Source: a virus
Lineage: Duplodnaviria; Caudoviricetes
DNA length: 64,000 bases
Direction: 5' to 3' (one strand)
Virus record (IMG/VR): IMGVR_UViG_3300021426_000063
Location: 169,104 to 233,103 of that record
Made by a program: the position numbers and the translations under genes. Below, piece after piece: positions 19,016-29,108 of the stretch (its first letter is position 1; each line of letters starts with the position of its first letter). The notes below the pieces were generated by a model. It worked only from the letters and a program-made list of their open reading frames with translations, had not been told where the DNA came from and did not search any database.

Positions 19016-21094
19016 ATGGCAAAAACAACCGCTTTAAGTTTTATTGGAACTGCTTCCGAAAACTACATTCAGCAAATCACTGCTCTTGAAGGAACATTTG
19101 ATATTGCCCCAAAACATAAGATTGTATTTTATGATGGTGCTGGTGCTGTTTCAGGTATTGAATGGAATGGTACACAGGATTTGGAAGTTGTAATTCCTAC
19201 TATTGCAGATCTTATAAAGGATCCTGTTAAGTTTGCTGGTACTGTTGATGCAGCAGATGGTACTATTACTTGGAAAGAAACAGGTCATACTGCTCAGACT
19301 GGTGACTTGGTTTATATGACTGTTGATTGTACATTTAACACTATTGCTTGTGAGGCAGGTGATATGGCAATCTATGATGGTAAAAACTGGCATGTTGTTA
19401 CTGGTGAGAACCAGGTAACTATCAATGCAACAGCTGCTACTGTTTCAGGTAATGACAATCTATTCTCAATCACAGGTTCAGCAAAGACTCTCCTTACTGT
19501 TGAAGGTAAGACATTGAGTGTAAAGATTGATTATGCTGATGTAAGAAGTAAACTTGGTCTTGTATTTAATGATGAAGTTAATCGTAGTGTTGATAATGCA
19601 AAGGTTACTGTTGATACAGTTAAACTTTCTGTTTCAAAAGTTGATGGTACACCTAGTGATATCACAACATCAGTAAGTTTTGATTTACCTACTGCTCTTG
19701 CAGATGGTACAGTTACTATTAATCAGAGTGTTCTCACTAGTGGAGACTTCACATTCGAAAGAGGTGTATTCCCTGCTGTTGTTAAGAATAGTGCATCAAT
19801 TAGTGCAGAAGTATCAGGTAATTTGACAATTGGTAAGTCAAGTTTGGAAGATAGTGAAAATGGTGATTATGTTACTACTGTTGATGCTATCAAGGCAGTT
19901 TCATTTGCTCCAGCAACAGCAGCAAGTCATCAGTTTGCTTATGTTGCCAATGTATCAACAAGTGGTTCAAAATCATTTGTAAGTGGTCTTCACACATTTG
20001 TAGATGGTACTGATGATCCAGCAAAGGCAGACTTCACTGTATATGGTGCTGTAACCGCAGCTGCTGCAAGTAATACATTTGCAACTGGTTGGGATGTAGA
20101 GGCAGCAACTGGTGAAGTTGTTTCATCAATCACTGTTGGTAATGTAACTATTGGTGCATCTAGTGCAAACAATGTTCTTGTAACTGGTCTTTCAGGTGAA
20201 GGTTCAACAGTTGTTACTGATGTAACATTTGGTTCAATCTCATTTGGTGCTGGTACAGACTTTGTAACTGGTCTTGGAAATACAGAGGCAGCAACTGGTG
20301 ATGTTGTTACAACTGTTAGTTTTGGTACAACCTCTCTTGTTGAAGATTCAACAGTCACAGCAAAGTCAGCAGCAATTGTAAGTGCAACTGTAAGTAATCA
20401 TGTTCTTTCATTCACAACTGCTGACTTTATGAAACCTGTTAGAGTTGATGTTACTGGTCAGAGTGTTTCAAAGAAGGAATTCACAAAGGGTTCTGCAACA
20501 CTTACTGGTTTCAGCTTTACATCAGATGCATTAACATTTGGAGGTATCAGTCAGGCAGATACAACAATTTCTTACAAGAGTCTTTTGAAAGGTGAGGTTA
20601 CTTTGACACAGGATTCTACTTTGTATTATCTTGATAAGGCAGCACAGGATCAGTATGTTGTAGAGATGTCTTATGCTGATTGGTCATTCACAGCAGCTAC
20701 TGTATCAAAGAATACTCCTGTACTTAACAATCCAGGTTTGACAGCATACATTCCTGCTAACACAGTTGCTGTTTCTCTTACAGATGGTACATTACCTTCA
20801 TTAACAATTGCTGATCCAACTAGTAAACTTACTGCTTCTGTTGGCACAGCATTGTCAACAGAAAAAGTTGCATTCTTGGCTGTTAGTTCTGATAAGAAGA
20901 ATATTGCTATTCCTAGTTTCTCATTGGTTTCTGTTTCTGCTGAAGCAGATGGTATCAGTGTTGCTGTTGGAGGTAACTATGCTGTTACTGATGGTACAGT
21001 TACAATCCTTTCAAATACATTTGTTAAAGGTGTTATGGTTGATGATTCTGCTGTTAGCACATATGTTGCTCCTACTCAAGAACAAGGTAACTAA
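19016..21094 (+). CDS. Beta-rich virion/fibre-like protein (692 aa)
   Basis: T/V/S/A-rich; EAGDMAIYDGKNWHVV fibre-type motif; internal EAATG(E/D)VV repeats; located in the late cluster. Confidence 0.6.
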   Translation: MAKTTALSFIGTASENYIQQITALEGTFDIAPKHKIVFYDGAGAVSGIEWNGTQDLEVVIPTIADLIKDPVKFAGTVDAADGTITWKETGHTAQTGDLVYMTVDCTFNTIACEAGDMAIYDGKNWHVVTGENQVTINATAATVSGNDNLFSITGSAKTLLTVEGKTLSVKIDYADVRSKLGLVFNDEVNRSVDNAKVTVDTVKLSVSKVDGTPSDITTSVSFDLPTALADGTVTINQSVLTSGDFTFERGVFPAVVKNSASISAEVSGNLTIGKSSLEDSENGDYVTTVDAIKAVSFAPATAASHQFAYVANVSTSGSKSFVSGLHTFVDGTDDPAKADFTVYGAVTAAAASNTFATGWDVEAATGEVVSSITVGNVTIGASSANNVLVTGLSGEGSTVVTDVTFGSISFGAGTDFVTGLGNTEAATGDVVTTVSFGTTSLVEDSTVTAKSAAIVSATVSNHVLSFTTADFMKPVRVDVTGQSVSKKEFTKGSATLTGFSFTSDALTFGGISQADTTISYKSLLKGEVTLTQDSTLYYLDKAAQDQYVVEMSYADWSFTAATVSKNTPVLNNPGLTAYIPANTVAVSLTDGTLPSLTIADPTSKLTASVGTALSTEKVAFLAVSSDKKNIAIPSFSLVSVSAEADGISVAVGGNYAVTDGTVTILSNTFVKGVMVDDSAVSTYVAPTQEQGN

Positions 21095-21114
21095 TCTTAT
21101 GAAACATATTTTTA

Positions 21115-21149
21115 GAAAAGGACTTGAAAAATCAAGTCCTTTTCTTTTT
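21115..21149 (+). terminator. Intrinsic terminator fused to the downstream TTTGTTATATTTA promoter
   Basis: GAAAAGGACTTGA-aaaa-TCAAGTCCTTTTC then TTTTTGTTATATTTA. Confidence 0.8.
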
Positions 21150-21181
21150 GTTATATTTAACATATATAATATTTTGTTTAT

Positions 21182-22186
21182 ATGGAACATAAAAAACTTC
21201 AATTTTTAGTTCCCCAGTATAAAGAGACAGAAGAAATTATTTCTTTTCTTTTGGATTCCATAGAGTGTCAGGCTTATATTGATAAGAAGGATATAGGCAT
21301 GATTATCTGTTCTGATGGTGGACAATATATTCTTGACAGAAAATTCCTTGATAAATACTCTTATGATATTGATTATGTCATCTGTAAGCACAGGGGTGTA
21401 TCAGCAACCAGGAACACAGCATTCTTGTTGTCTGATGCAGATTATGTGATGTATTGTGATTCTGATGATGGATTCTGTAACACCTTTGCTCTTAAAATCA
21501 TATTTGAGAATATCAAGATTAGTGAAGATGAAGGAAAACCTTTTGACTTATTGAGTTCCAAGTTCTATTCTGAAAAGACTGTTACAGAGAAAAACAAGTT
21601 ATGGGCATTGAGTATTGTTGACCATAATAACATCTATATACACAGTCGGGTTTACAGGAGAGATTTCTTGGTCAAGAATGGTCTTTACTTCAATGAGAAC
21701 ATCTGGGCCAATGAAGATAGTTTCTTCAATATAACCACCAACTTCTTCTCAAAGAATACAAAGGCATTGAACATTCCAATTTATTGTTGGAGAGGTAATC
21801 CTTTGTCAGTTACTCATGATCCAAAGTACATAATGAAGACTCTTCATCAATTATTGTATTCCAATGACAGTGTTGTTGAAGTGATGCTGTTATTGAATAA
21901 AGACAAGAAGGAGATTGCAAAAACAACATTTGATGTGATATGCAAGTTGTATCTGGATATGAACAAACCTTGTTGGTATGAACCGGAGAATGAAGAGTAT
22001 AAGGATATTACATTAAAGACATTGAAGTGGTATCTTTTGAAGAGAGGTAAGTTGTGTGAGGTGTTAACTGATGATGAAAAGAAGGAAGTTCTTCAGGGTG
22101 CCAGGAAGACTGAACATTACAAGAACATTGAGAGTATCACATTTAATGATTTTATAAAATGGGTTATTAATTATGAAAAGAAATAG
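21182..22186 (+). CDS. Glycosyltransferase family 2
   Basis: LVPQYK, CSDGG, HRGVSATRN, YVMYCDSDD (DxD), ANED motifs of the GT-A/GT2 fold. Confidence 0.85.
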   Translation: MEHKKLQFLVPQYKETEEIISFLLDSIECQAYIDKKDIGMIICSDGGQYILDRKFLDKYSYDIDYVICKHRGVSATRNTAFLLSDADYVMYCDSDDGFCNTFALKIIFENIKISEDEGKPFDLLSSKFYSEKTVTEKNKLWALSIVDHNNIYIHSRVYRRDFLVKNGLYFNENIWANEDSFFNITTNFFSKNTKALNIPIYCWRGNPLSVTHDPKYIMKTLHQLLYSNDSVVEVMLLLNKDKKEIAKTTFDVICKLYLDMNKPCWYEPENEEYKDITLKTLKWYLLKRGKLCEVLTDDEKKEVLQGARKTEHYKNIESITFNDFIKWVINYEKK

Positions 22187-23099
22187 AACAGAATGGGTAA
22201 TACATGTCTGGGGAAAGAAGAGAGATACCCTGGAACTGAATGATGTTGAGAAATTCCATATTGATATGTTGCGAATGTTTCAGTCGCAACAGAAGAAGTT
22301 TGATAAGATACTTATCAATATTGCATTGTATGATGTCAATGATATGAACCTCTTCAATTTCTTGAAGGAAAAGATTTCAGAGGTATTGGTTAATGACAAT
22401 GTTGAGTTCAAGTATTGTCAGAATGACCCAAACAAAGGAGAGTATGTCACATTCAGACCATATGTGTTTGACAGGATTGGTGAGGATGTGAATGTGTTTT
22501 ATTCACACTTCAAAGGTTATGCGACACATGTGAGTTTGATTAGAGAATCATTTCCTGTAAGGGTTGTTAATCTGTGTGAGTTGTTCTGGTCATATATAAT
22601 GTATAGATATTCATTGGACATCAAGGATGTTAATGAAAAACTAAAAGACCACAGTACATATTGTTGGTATGTCTTTAAATGTGAACAGAGTGAGACTGGT
22701 GTCTTCTGTGAAAAATATAATAGTATTCTCAATAGTGTAGATAATAATTTTGAAAAGTATGTGAAGGATAAACTTCATAAACATTCTCCTGGAAGTTTTG
22801 CATGGTATAATCTCAAAAGGATTGGTGAACAATTAAAGGATGTACCTTATGTAACACAGATTCCAACAAGTGTTTTGGAAAAGGAATGGGATGGGACTTT
22901 ACAATTATGTACACATTTCAGTGAAGTTTACATAATGCAATTCCTTGATGAGAAGGAATGTTATTCTGTAAAAAATTACGACAAAGAATTGTCAGAGGAT
23001 ATTAATCCATTATATATTACAATTTATCCATCAAAGAAGTTTGGAGAAGAGTACATAAAGGATTTTGAAAAGTATTTAATTGATAATAATTTGTTCTAA
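22173..23099 (+). CDS. Hypothetical protein, possibly glycosyltransferase-like
   Basis: Overlaps the GT2 gene; FYSHFKG and GSFAW motifs resemble phage GT-like proteins. Confidence 0.45.
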   Translation: MKRNRTEWVIHVWGKKRDTLELNDVEKFHIDMLRMFQSQQKKFDKILINIALYDVNDMNLFNFLKEKISEVLVNDNVEFKYCQNDPNKGEYVTFRPYVFDRIGEDVNVFYSHFKGYATHVSLIRESFPVRVVNLCELFWSYIMYRYSLDIKDVNEKLKDHSTYCWYVFKCEQSETGVFCEKYNSILNSVDNNFEKYVKDKLHKHSPGSFAWYNLKRIGEQLKDVPYVTQIPTSVLEKEWDGTLQLCTHFSEVYIMQFLDEKECYSVKNYDKELSEDINPLYITIYPSKKFGEEYIKDFEKYLIDNNLF

Positions 23100-23100
23100 A

Positions 23101-23138
23101 AAGAAGAGGGATGATTTCAACAGTCATCCCTCTTTTTT
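23101..23138 (+). terminator. Intrinsic terminator
   Basis: AAGAGGGATGA-loop-TCATCCCTCTTTTTT. Confidence 0.75.
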
Positions 23139-23151
23139 CCATAAATATAAT

Positions 23152-24081
23152 ATGATTACAGAAGAGATTAAATTCATAAAAACTACTCCATCAAAATTGG
23201 AGTCAGAGAATGTACAGGAAGATTATCCTAATTCATTCATCCATACACATAATGAGAATGGTGATGACCAGTTGTATATTGGTGAAGACAGGATTACAGA
23301 CAATCTGAACATTGGTAACACAGATCCTGCTATGCCAACCAGGAAGATTGGTGGTCTCCAGGCTTCTACCATTGGTGCATTACAACAGAGGACATTGAGT
23401 GATATTGTCATTGATATACTCAAACCAGATGTTGTTGAACCAAGTGTGAGTACACATGCTGGTGTAAGTATTTCTTATGTTGGGACAAAACTTATTGAGG
23501 CTGGTACATCACTTCCTGAGAAGTCACAAATCACATCAACAATAGTTAATGGTGCTTGGTCTGATGGTACACCTTATTCTGGAGGAAGTGGAAATGAAAC
23601 ATTGACTATGAGTCCAGATAAATGGGGACAACCAGCAGAAGAAGGAAAGTATAGTATTTCAGAAACTGTTGAGTTCACAGAAGGTGGAATACCAAAGGAT
23701 AATTTTGGAACACCTTATCCAAATAAACAATATCATGGTGATGTTAAAAGTTCAAACACAATAACCATAACTGCTGTTGAACCTATGTATATCAATGATG
23801 GTGATGATATTGAGTTAATGGTTAAACATCTGTATGATTATATAACAGGCCAGACAATAGATATAGTAATCCCAGAAGAATCAGAAGAACTTCATTTTAT
23901 GGTTGTTGTCCCAGAGGAGTTCACAACATTTACAGTTAAGCAGTTCAATCCTTTGACACAAACATATGATATTGATATACCAATGAAATTTGTTTCAGGT
24001 AATGATTCATATTATGTAAGGGATGATGATAGTTACACAAATACATTAAGTACAAGATATAAAATTAATTTCAAGAAATAA
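23152..24081 (+). CDS. Virion structural/fibre-associated protein (309 aa)
   Basis: ATG 4 nt after CATAAATA (23140); C-terminal domain resembles that of 51591-53231. Confidence 0.6.
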   Translation: MITEEIKFIKTTPSKLESENVQEDYPNSFIHTHNENGDDQLYIGEDRITDNLNIGNTDPAMPTRKIGGLQASTIGALQQRTLSDIVIDILKPDVVEPSVSTHAGVSISYVGTKLIEAGTSLPEKSQITSTIVNGAWSDGTPYSGGSGNETLTMSPDKWGQPAEEGKYSISETVEFTEGGIPKDNFGTPYPNKQYHGDVKSSNTITITAVEPMYINDGDDIELMVKHLYDYITGQTIDIVIPEESEELHFMVVVPEEFTTFTVKQFNPLTQTYDIDIPMKFVSGNDSYYVRDDDSYTNTLSTRYKINFKK

Positions 24082-24084
24082 TAT

Positions 24085-27000
24085 ATGCCAAAAACATTCA
24101 AAGGTTCAATTGACTTTACTTCCAATTTTAATGTCCAGACCACAAGGCCATTGGATGTTAGATTGGTTGTAGATAGTTTTGATGACCTGACAAATGGTTC
24201 TATTGAAGCACCATATCAGGGTATGGTGGTGAATATTGCCGGCACATCTGAACTCTGGGTTTTACAGACTTCAGGTATTGAAGCATCAAGGAATCCAAGA
24301 AACTGGAAATTGGTTACTGGTTCTGGTGGTTCTGGTGGAGATGGTCTCTCAAAGTATTCACTTCCTGTTATGACACCAGAGATGGCAGATCATGCTACTG
24401 CCAATCCAGATGTTGAGTTTGATGAATCAGAAGACCCATATATAGAGATTAGTTATGATCCTACCACACCATCACACACAGAGAGTGATGATGTGTATAT
24501 GAGTATGATTTATGATATGACCCGGGCAATCAGGTCTCTCCAGGCTGAGGTTACCAGGTTGAAGAACTCATTTGAGTATGGTTTTGATTCATACAATAAC
24601 ACAAGGACTGCCAAATCTGTACAACTTGGTTCAATGAATGATATTGAAAGTGTTGAACCATTATGGGCACTTGATCCAGAGGTTGGACTTTCATTGGTAC
24701 CAGACAGTGCAATCTTCAATACACTCCTTGATATCAACCACAAGTTTGCCAAGATTGGTCCTGGTGTAATAGATACCAATGTTGAAGGACAACTTACATT
24801 CAATGATTGTAAGGGTGTCTTCTATGATGGTAATGAAGATGGTGCAACAGATGAAAAACTCACATTGTACCACTTGAAGGATTCCAAACTGGTTACATAT
24901 TTGGTCACAGATAAACCAACCATCAAGATGACTCTTGTATCAATGGATGACAAGACCAGGACCAGGGAGATTGATTTTGAACCATTGATGAATGGTAATT
25001 CTGTAAGCAAGTATGGTTTCTGTGTTATATTAAGTAGGAAGCAGACAGTTGATGATGAAGAGAAAGGATTCAATTATATCTATTTTTCAATCATCAACTA
25101 CAAGAATAATGAGAAACTTTATGAAGGTTATTTGACAAGTAATGGTACATTGACTGATACAAGGGTTGATGTATCAGAAAGATATTCAATCCAATCAATA
25201 GAGTTTGACAGACTCACACTTTCAAGGATGGTATTCTATACCAAGTTTGAGGATTTCACTGAAGAGGTTATTCCTTCTGTACCAAGTGAAGATGATTGGA
25301 AGTATGATGTTGCACATATTGCTATCAGGTCTGTGAAGGATTCAGAGATGTTGAATAGTATTGCCAACCAATTAAGAGATAATGAATTGATTTGGAACAA
25401 GAAAGCAGGTACATTGCACATCAAGTCAGATGGTAAGATACATGTTATCGGAGCCAAGTCTACCCCAGATGATAAACCAAAAGATAATGATATGACAGAT
25501 AGAGAAATTTTGGCAGCCCTTGAGAGAATGGGTATTGTCATAAATGTTAAGTACAAAGTTGAAGATGGTGAGGAGACTGATGATATTGAATCATTAGAGG
25601 ATATGTCATTAGCACCTATCTCTGATTTCACATTTGTAAACCAGGAGACTGGTAAGAAGTTTACCTTTGCTGTTGATACAGAAGGTAATCTTACTGGAAA
25701 AGACAATTCTGCAACTACCATTAAGGAGTTTATGGATAGTCTTGGAACAAGTGCTGGTAACTATGATGCTGATAGTTACCAGGCTGTAAGAGGATTCATT
25801 GCAGATTATCTTGCAAGGAAGAATAAGAAGTACAACATTTCTGATGGTGTGAATAAGACTGGTGATGCCGGTAAGTTGTCAGATAGATTGAGGATTTCTT
25901 CATTCTATGCACCTATCACAACAGATGAGGTACATGGTTGTACACACTCATTCATTGAGTTGGAGAATACATCAGAGGTTGATATTCCTTTGACTGGTAT
26001 ATATCTCCACTTCTACAACCCATCAGAGAATGATTATGAAGGTGCAGTACATCATCTTGCACTTGATGGTGTATGTCCTGCTGGAGGTACTTACCTCATC
26101 AGAGGTGCAAAGCATGCAGAGTTTGATGATGAATCTGCATTCATCAAGGTGAAGACTTTTGATAAGGAATGGTATGAGAATGGTAGTCCTGTATCCTTTG
26201 AACAGGAACCAGTGAAGACTGTTGTTGTTGATTCAACAGAGAAGGTTGCTGATGACAGTCTCATCAAGACTGCATACAGGTTCTGCCTCACTTATGGTCT
26301 TCCTACATTGAGTGCAGACACAATTCTTGTACAGAGGAACACTGGTGGTGTAATCATCAATGGTGCAGAGTATGATGCAACAACATATCCTAATATTATT
26401 GTTAATCCAAGATTTATTGATTCTTGCTCATACTCAACCTTTGCTGCTGTATCAGCATTGTCAGATGAGAAGAACCCTTGGTATGCAAAGGGTGATGCAA
26501 AGGGTATTGGTATCACCATTGCAAAGAACTCAATGTTCAGATTAATGTTTGCATTGGATCCAGCAAAGCAGGCATTCAATGGATTCAACACAAAGGATAG
26601 TTCCCGTGTAAGATATAATAAAGCAACTGATATTCAGATACTTAATCTTGACAAGGAGTTTATTGGATATCCATTCAGTAATGAGACTATCAAGATTGAC
26701 AGATATACACCAAAGGCATCCTTTGAAAAGAGGAATGTTATGACTGATAAGTCACAACTCAACAGGGAGAAACCTAATATGGTTACTTGTTCATTTGGTG
26801 TTGATGTTTATAACACAAGATGTTTCAACTGGATTTCTTGTGGTGCATTTGATGAGTATGTATGGGTAAGGAAGCAGGGAGAGACTGCTTGGAATAAGTT
26901 CCAGTCATACACAAAGGTATCTGCTGATATAGAAGAAAAGACAACAGCAATCCACAGGAAGGAGTATCCAATGATTGTTAACAATGCTGGATATGCAAGG

Positions 27001-29100
27001 ATGATTAACAGATTCCCTGGTAATGATGTTCTCTTTACATCACACAAGTGTGTTATTGTTCTTCCAGATGCAACAACCGATCCAGAGAAGTATGAGTATG
27101 TAGTTGGTAGACCAGACAAGGATGGTAATCCAGATTTGGAACACACAAATGAAACCTTCACATTCACAATCTATCCAAGGACTTATGAAGGTAGAGTATA
27201 TCAGATTACTGACCAGCAGGGATTCCATTGGATTGAATATCAGGTATGGGCTGCATCAGCAGAGTTCTTGAATACAAAGATAGAATCAGAGTGTAATGCA
27301 ATCAATAGTGTTGCTGGTAACACAAAGGTATTTCCTATCCTTCTCAACACTGGTGATATGACCCAGTCTGGTGCCCGTATCAATGAGTGGTTGGATTATT
27401 ATAATGGAGGTAAGAGTTTGTTCAATCATATGGAACAGATGAACTGTGTAGGTAACAATGACCTTTGTCCTATCAACCCAAGAGAACTTGGTACAGGTAA
27501 TGATAATGATAAGTCAAGCTCACACTTCTTCCATTACTTCTATTGCTTCGATGTGAAGGATACAGATAAGTATGATTCTGCTTCAGCAGAAGACAAGAAG
27601 TTCTTCTCTGGTGAGACACTTGTTGTAAAGGCACACACAGGTTCAGTTGGTTCTGGTGATTCAGCAGTTAATATCAATAATAAGGAAGACAGGTTCATCC
27701 CTTCATTCTATTATTTCAAGACCAATAAGGTTCTTTATGTGATGGTTAATTCAGAGATTCCTATCTCTAACTGTCAGAAGTGGTTTGGACTTTGTTCAGC
27801 AGATCATCAGTATGTGAACATCTATACTGGTATTGAGTCTGTTCCAAATGGTAAGTATGCTGGTAACAATGATTACTTCACACCATTATATGAGACAATG
27901 TATGCTTGGTTGAAGTCAAATCAGGATGAAGGCAACAACAGCAAGAAGGTCATTGTTGCAATGCATGAGATGCCATTCACAGTTATCACAAAGGTATCTT
28001 TGGATAATGCATCACAGAAACAGTTACCTTGTACAAGAAACCACCCTACAAAGGCAGGTAGACTTGGATCCAATGTCAATCAGTTGAGTATTGATGAGAA
28101 CAGGGGTATCTACTGGTGTTCAAGACTTCTTGAATACTTTGGATGTAAGTTGGTGATTGGTGGTCACAAACACACATATGCTCTTTCTTATCCTGTTAAG
28201 GAGAAGTACAGTTGGACATACAATGGTGTTACAAAGGACAGTGCCACTGAAATCAAGCCAATGTTTGCTACCCTTGTTGATGAAGCTGGTGCAACACCAA
28301 CATATGAAGTATCCTGGGATATTGACATCACAAATGATGATGTGAGAAATGAATATCATATCACAACAACAAGAGAGGGTGATAATGGTGTTCCTAACAC
28401 AGTAAAACTCAATAGTACAAAGACTCCATATGTTCCTGAAAATCTTTATCTTGGATATGGTAAGGATGCTTATGAGAAATCAAATAGTGGATTGTTCCGT
28501 TGCTGTACTCCATTGACAGTAACCAACAATGACAATTATGATGGATTTGTAACCTATTCAATGTGTCAGGCAACAGGTTATAAGTTGAAATCAAACAAGG
28601 AGTTACCATCAGAGGTTCAGGTATTCTCAAAGATTATTCCTTTGACCACACATGGTGCAAGTGATAGTCCTAGTGCTGAACAGTTGTATCCAATGTACAG
28701 TGTACTTGAATTTAACAATGACTGTTCAGAGGTTGATGTTACAATGAACCGTATCACAGGTATCTTCAAGAAAGATGGTGCAGATAAGTTTGACCAGTTG
28801 AACTATGGTTCAAAGGAAATGACCAAACAATGTCTCTGCACATTTGAGAAGGAAGATTGTACAGCATTTGGTACATATGCTGAAAGACATGGTGAGAATG
28901 ATGGTGATACATATTATGCAACTGATCAGAACAAGATTTACCAATACAATGTATCAGAGAGTGGAAACACTTGGACATTGTTCAACAAGAGGATGTATGG
29001 TAAGTGGTTGAAGGAAAAAGATGCAAAGGCAAGATTGGATGAATATAAGGCAAATCCTACAACTGCTTCAGATAACAGATATTTACACATTAAATTTTAA
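24085..29100 (+). CDS. Large virion-associated protein with a lamin-tail-like domain and a purple-acid-phosphatase-like metallophosphoesterase
   Basis: LTD-like FIELENTSEVDIPLTGIYL...PAGGTYLI; MPP motifs ITDQQ, NTGDMTQ, VGNNDL, MHEMP, GGHKHTY; N-terminal module shared with 53233. Confidence 0.7.
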   Translation: MPKTFKGSIDFTSNFNVQTTRPLDVRLVVDSFDDLTNGSIEAPYQGMVVNIAGTSELWVLQTSGIEASRNPRNWKLVTGSGGSGGDGLSKYSLPVMTPEMADHATANPDVEFDESEDPYIEISYDPTTPSHTESDDVYMSMIYDMTRAIRSLQAEVTRLKNSFEYGFDSYNNTRTAKSVQLGSMNDIESVEPLWALDPEVGLSLVPDSAIFNTLLDINHKFAKIGPGVIDTNVEGQLTFNDCKGVFYDGNEDGATDEKLTLYHLKDSKLVTYLVTDKPTIKMTLVSMDDKTRTREIDFEPLMNGNSVSKYGFCVILSRKQTVDDEEKGFNYIYFSIINYKNNEKLYEGYLTSNGTLTDTRVDVSERYSIQSIEFDRLTLSRMVFYTKFEDFTEEVIPSVPSEDDWKYDVAHIAIRSVKDSEMLNSIANQLRDNELIWNKKAGTLHIKSDGKIHVIGAKSTPDDKPKDNDMTDREILAALERMGIVINVKYKVEDGEETDDIESLEDMSLAPISDFTFVNQETGKKFTFAVDTEGNLTGKDNSATTIKEFMDSLGTSAGNYDADSYQAVRGFIADYLARKNKKYNISDGVNKTGDAGKLSDRLRISSFYAPITTDEVHGCTHSFIELENTSEVDIPLTGIYLHFYNPSENDYEGAVHHLALDGVCPAGGTYLIRGAKHAEFDDESAFIKVKTFDKEWYENGSPVSFEQEPVKTVVVDSTEKVADDSLIKTAYRFCLTYGLPTLSADTILVQRNTGGVIINGAEYDATTYPNIIVNPRFIDSCSYSTFAAVSALSDEKNPWYAKGDAKGIGITIAKNSMFRLMFALDPAKQAFNGFNTKDSSRVRYNKATDIQILNLDKEFIGYPFSNETIKIDRYTPKASFEKRNVMTDKSQLNREKPNMVTCSFGVDVYNTRCFNWISCGAFDEYVWVRKQGETAWNKFQSYTKVSADIEEKTTAIHRKEYPMIVNNAGYARMINRFPGNDVLFTSHKCVIVLPDATTDPEKYEYVVGRPDKDGNPDLEHTNETFTFTIYPRTYEGRVYQITDQQGFHWIEYQVWAASAEFLNTKIESECNAINSVAGNTKVFPILLNTGDMTQSGARINEWLDYYNGGKSLFNHMEQMNCVGNNDLCPINPRELGTGNDNDKSSSHFFHYFYCFDVKDTDKYDSASAEDKKFFSGETLVVKAHTGSVGSGDSAVNINNKEDRFIPSFYYFKTNKVLYVMVNSEIPISNCQKWFGLCSADHQYVNIYTGIESVPNGKYAGNNDYFTPLYETMYAWLKSNQDEGNNSKKVIVAMHEMPFTVITKVSLDNASQKQLPCTRNHPTKAGRLGSNVNQLSIDENRGIYWCSRLLEYFGCKLVIGGHKHTYALSYPVKEKYSWTYNGVTKDSATEIKPMFATLVDEAGATPTYEVSWDIDITNDDVRNEYHITTTREGDNGVPNTVKLNSTKTPYVPENLYLGYGKDAYEKSNSGLFRCCTPLTVTNNDNYDGFVTYSMCQATGYKLKSNKELPSEVQVFSKIIPLTTHGASDSPSAEQLYPMYSVLEFNNDCSEVDVTMNRITGIFKKDGADKFDQLNYGSKEMTKQCLCTFEKEDCTAFGTYAERHGENDGDTYYATDQNKIYQYNVSESGNTWTLFNKRMYGKWLKEKDAKARLDEYKANPTTASDNRYLHIKF

Positions 29101-29108
29101 TTGAGATT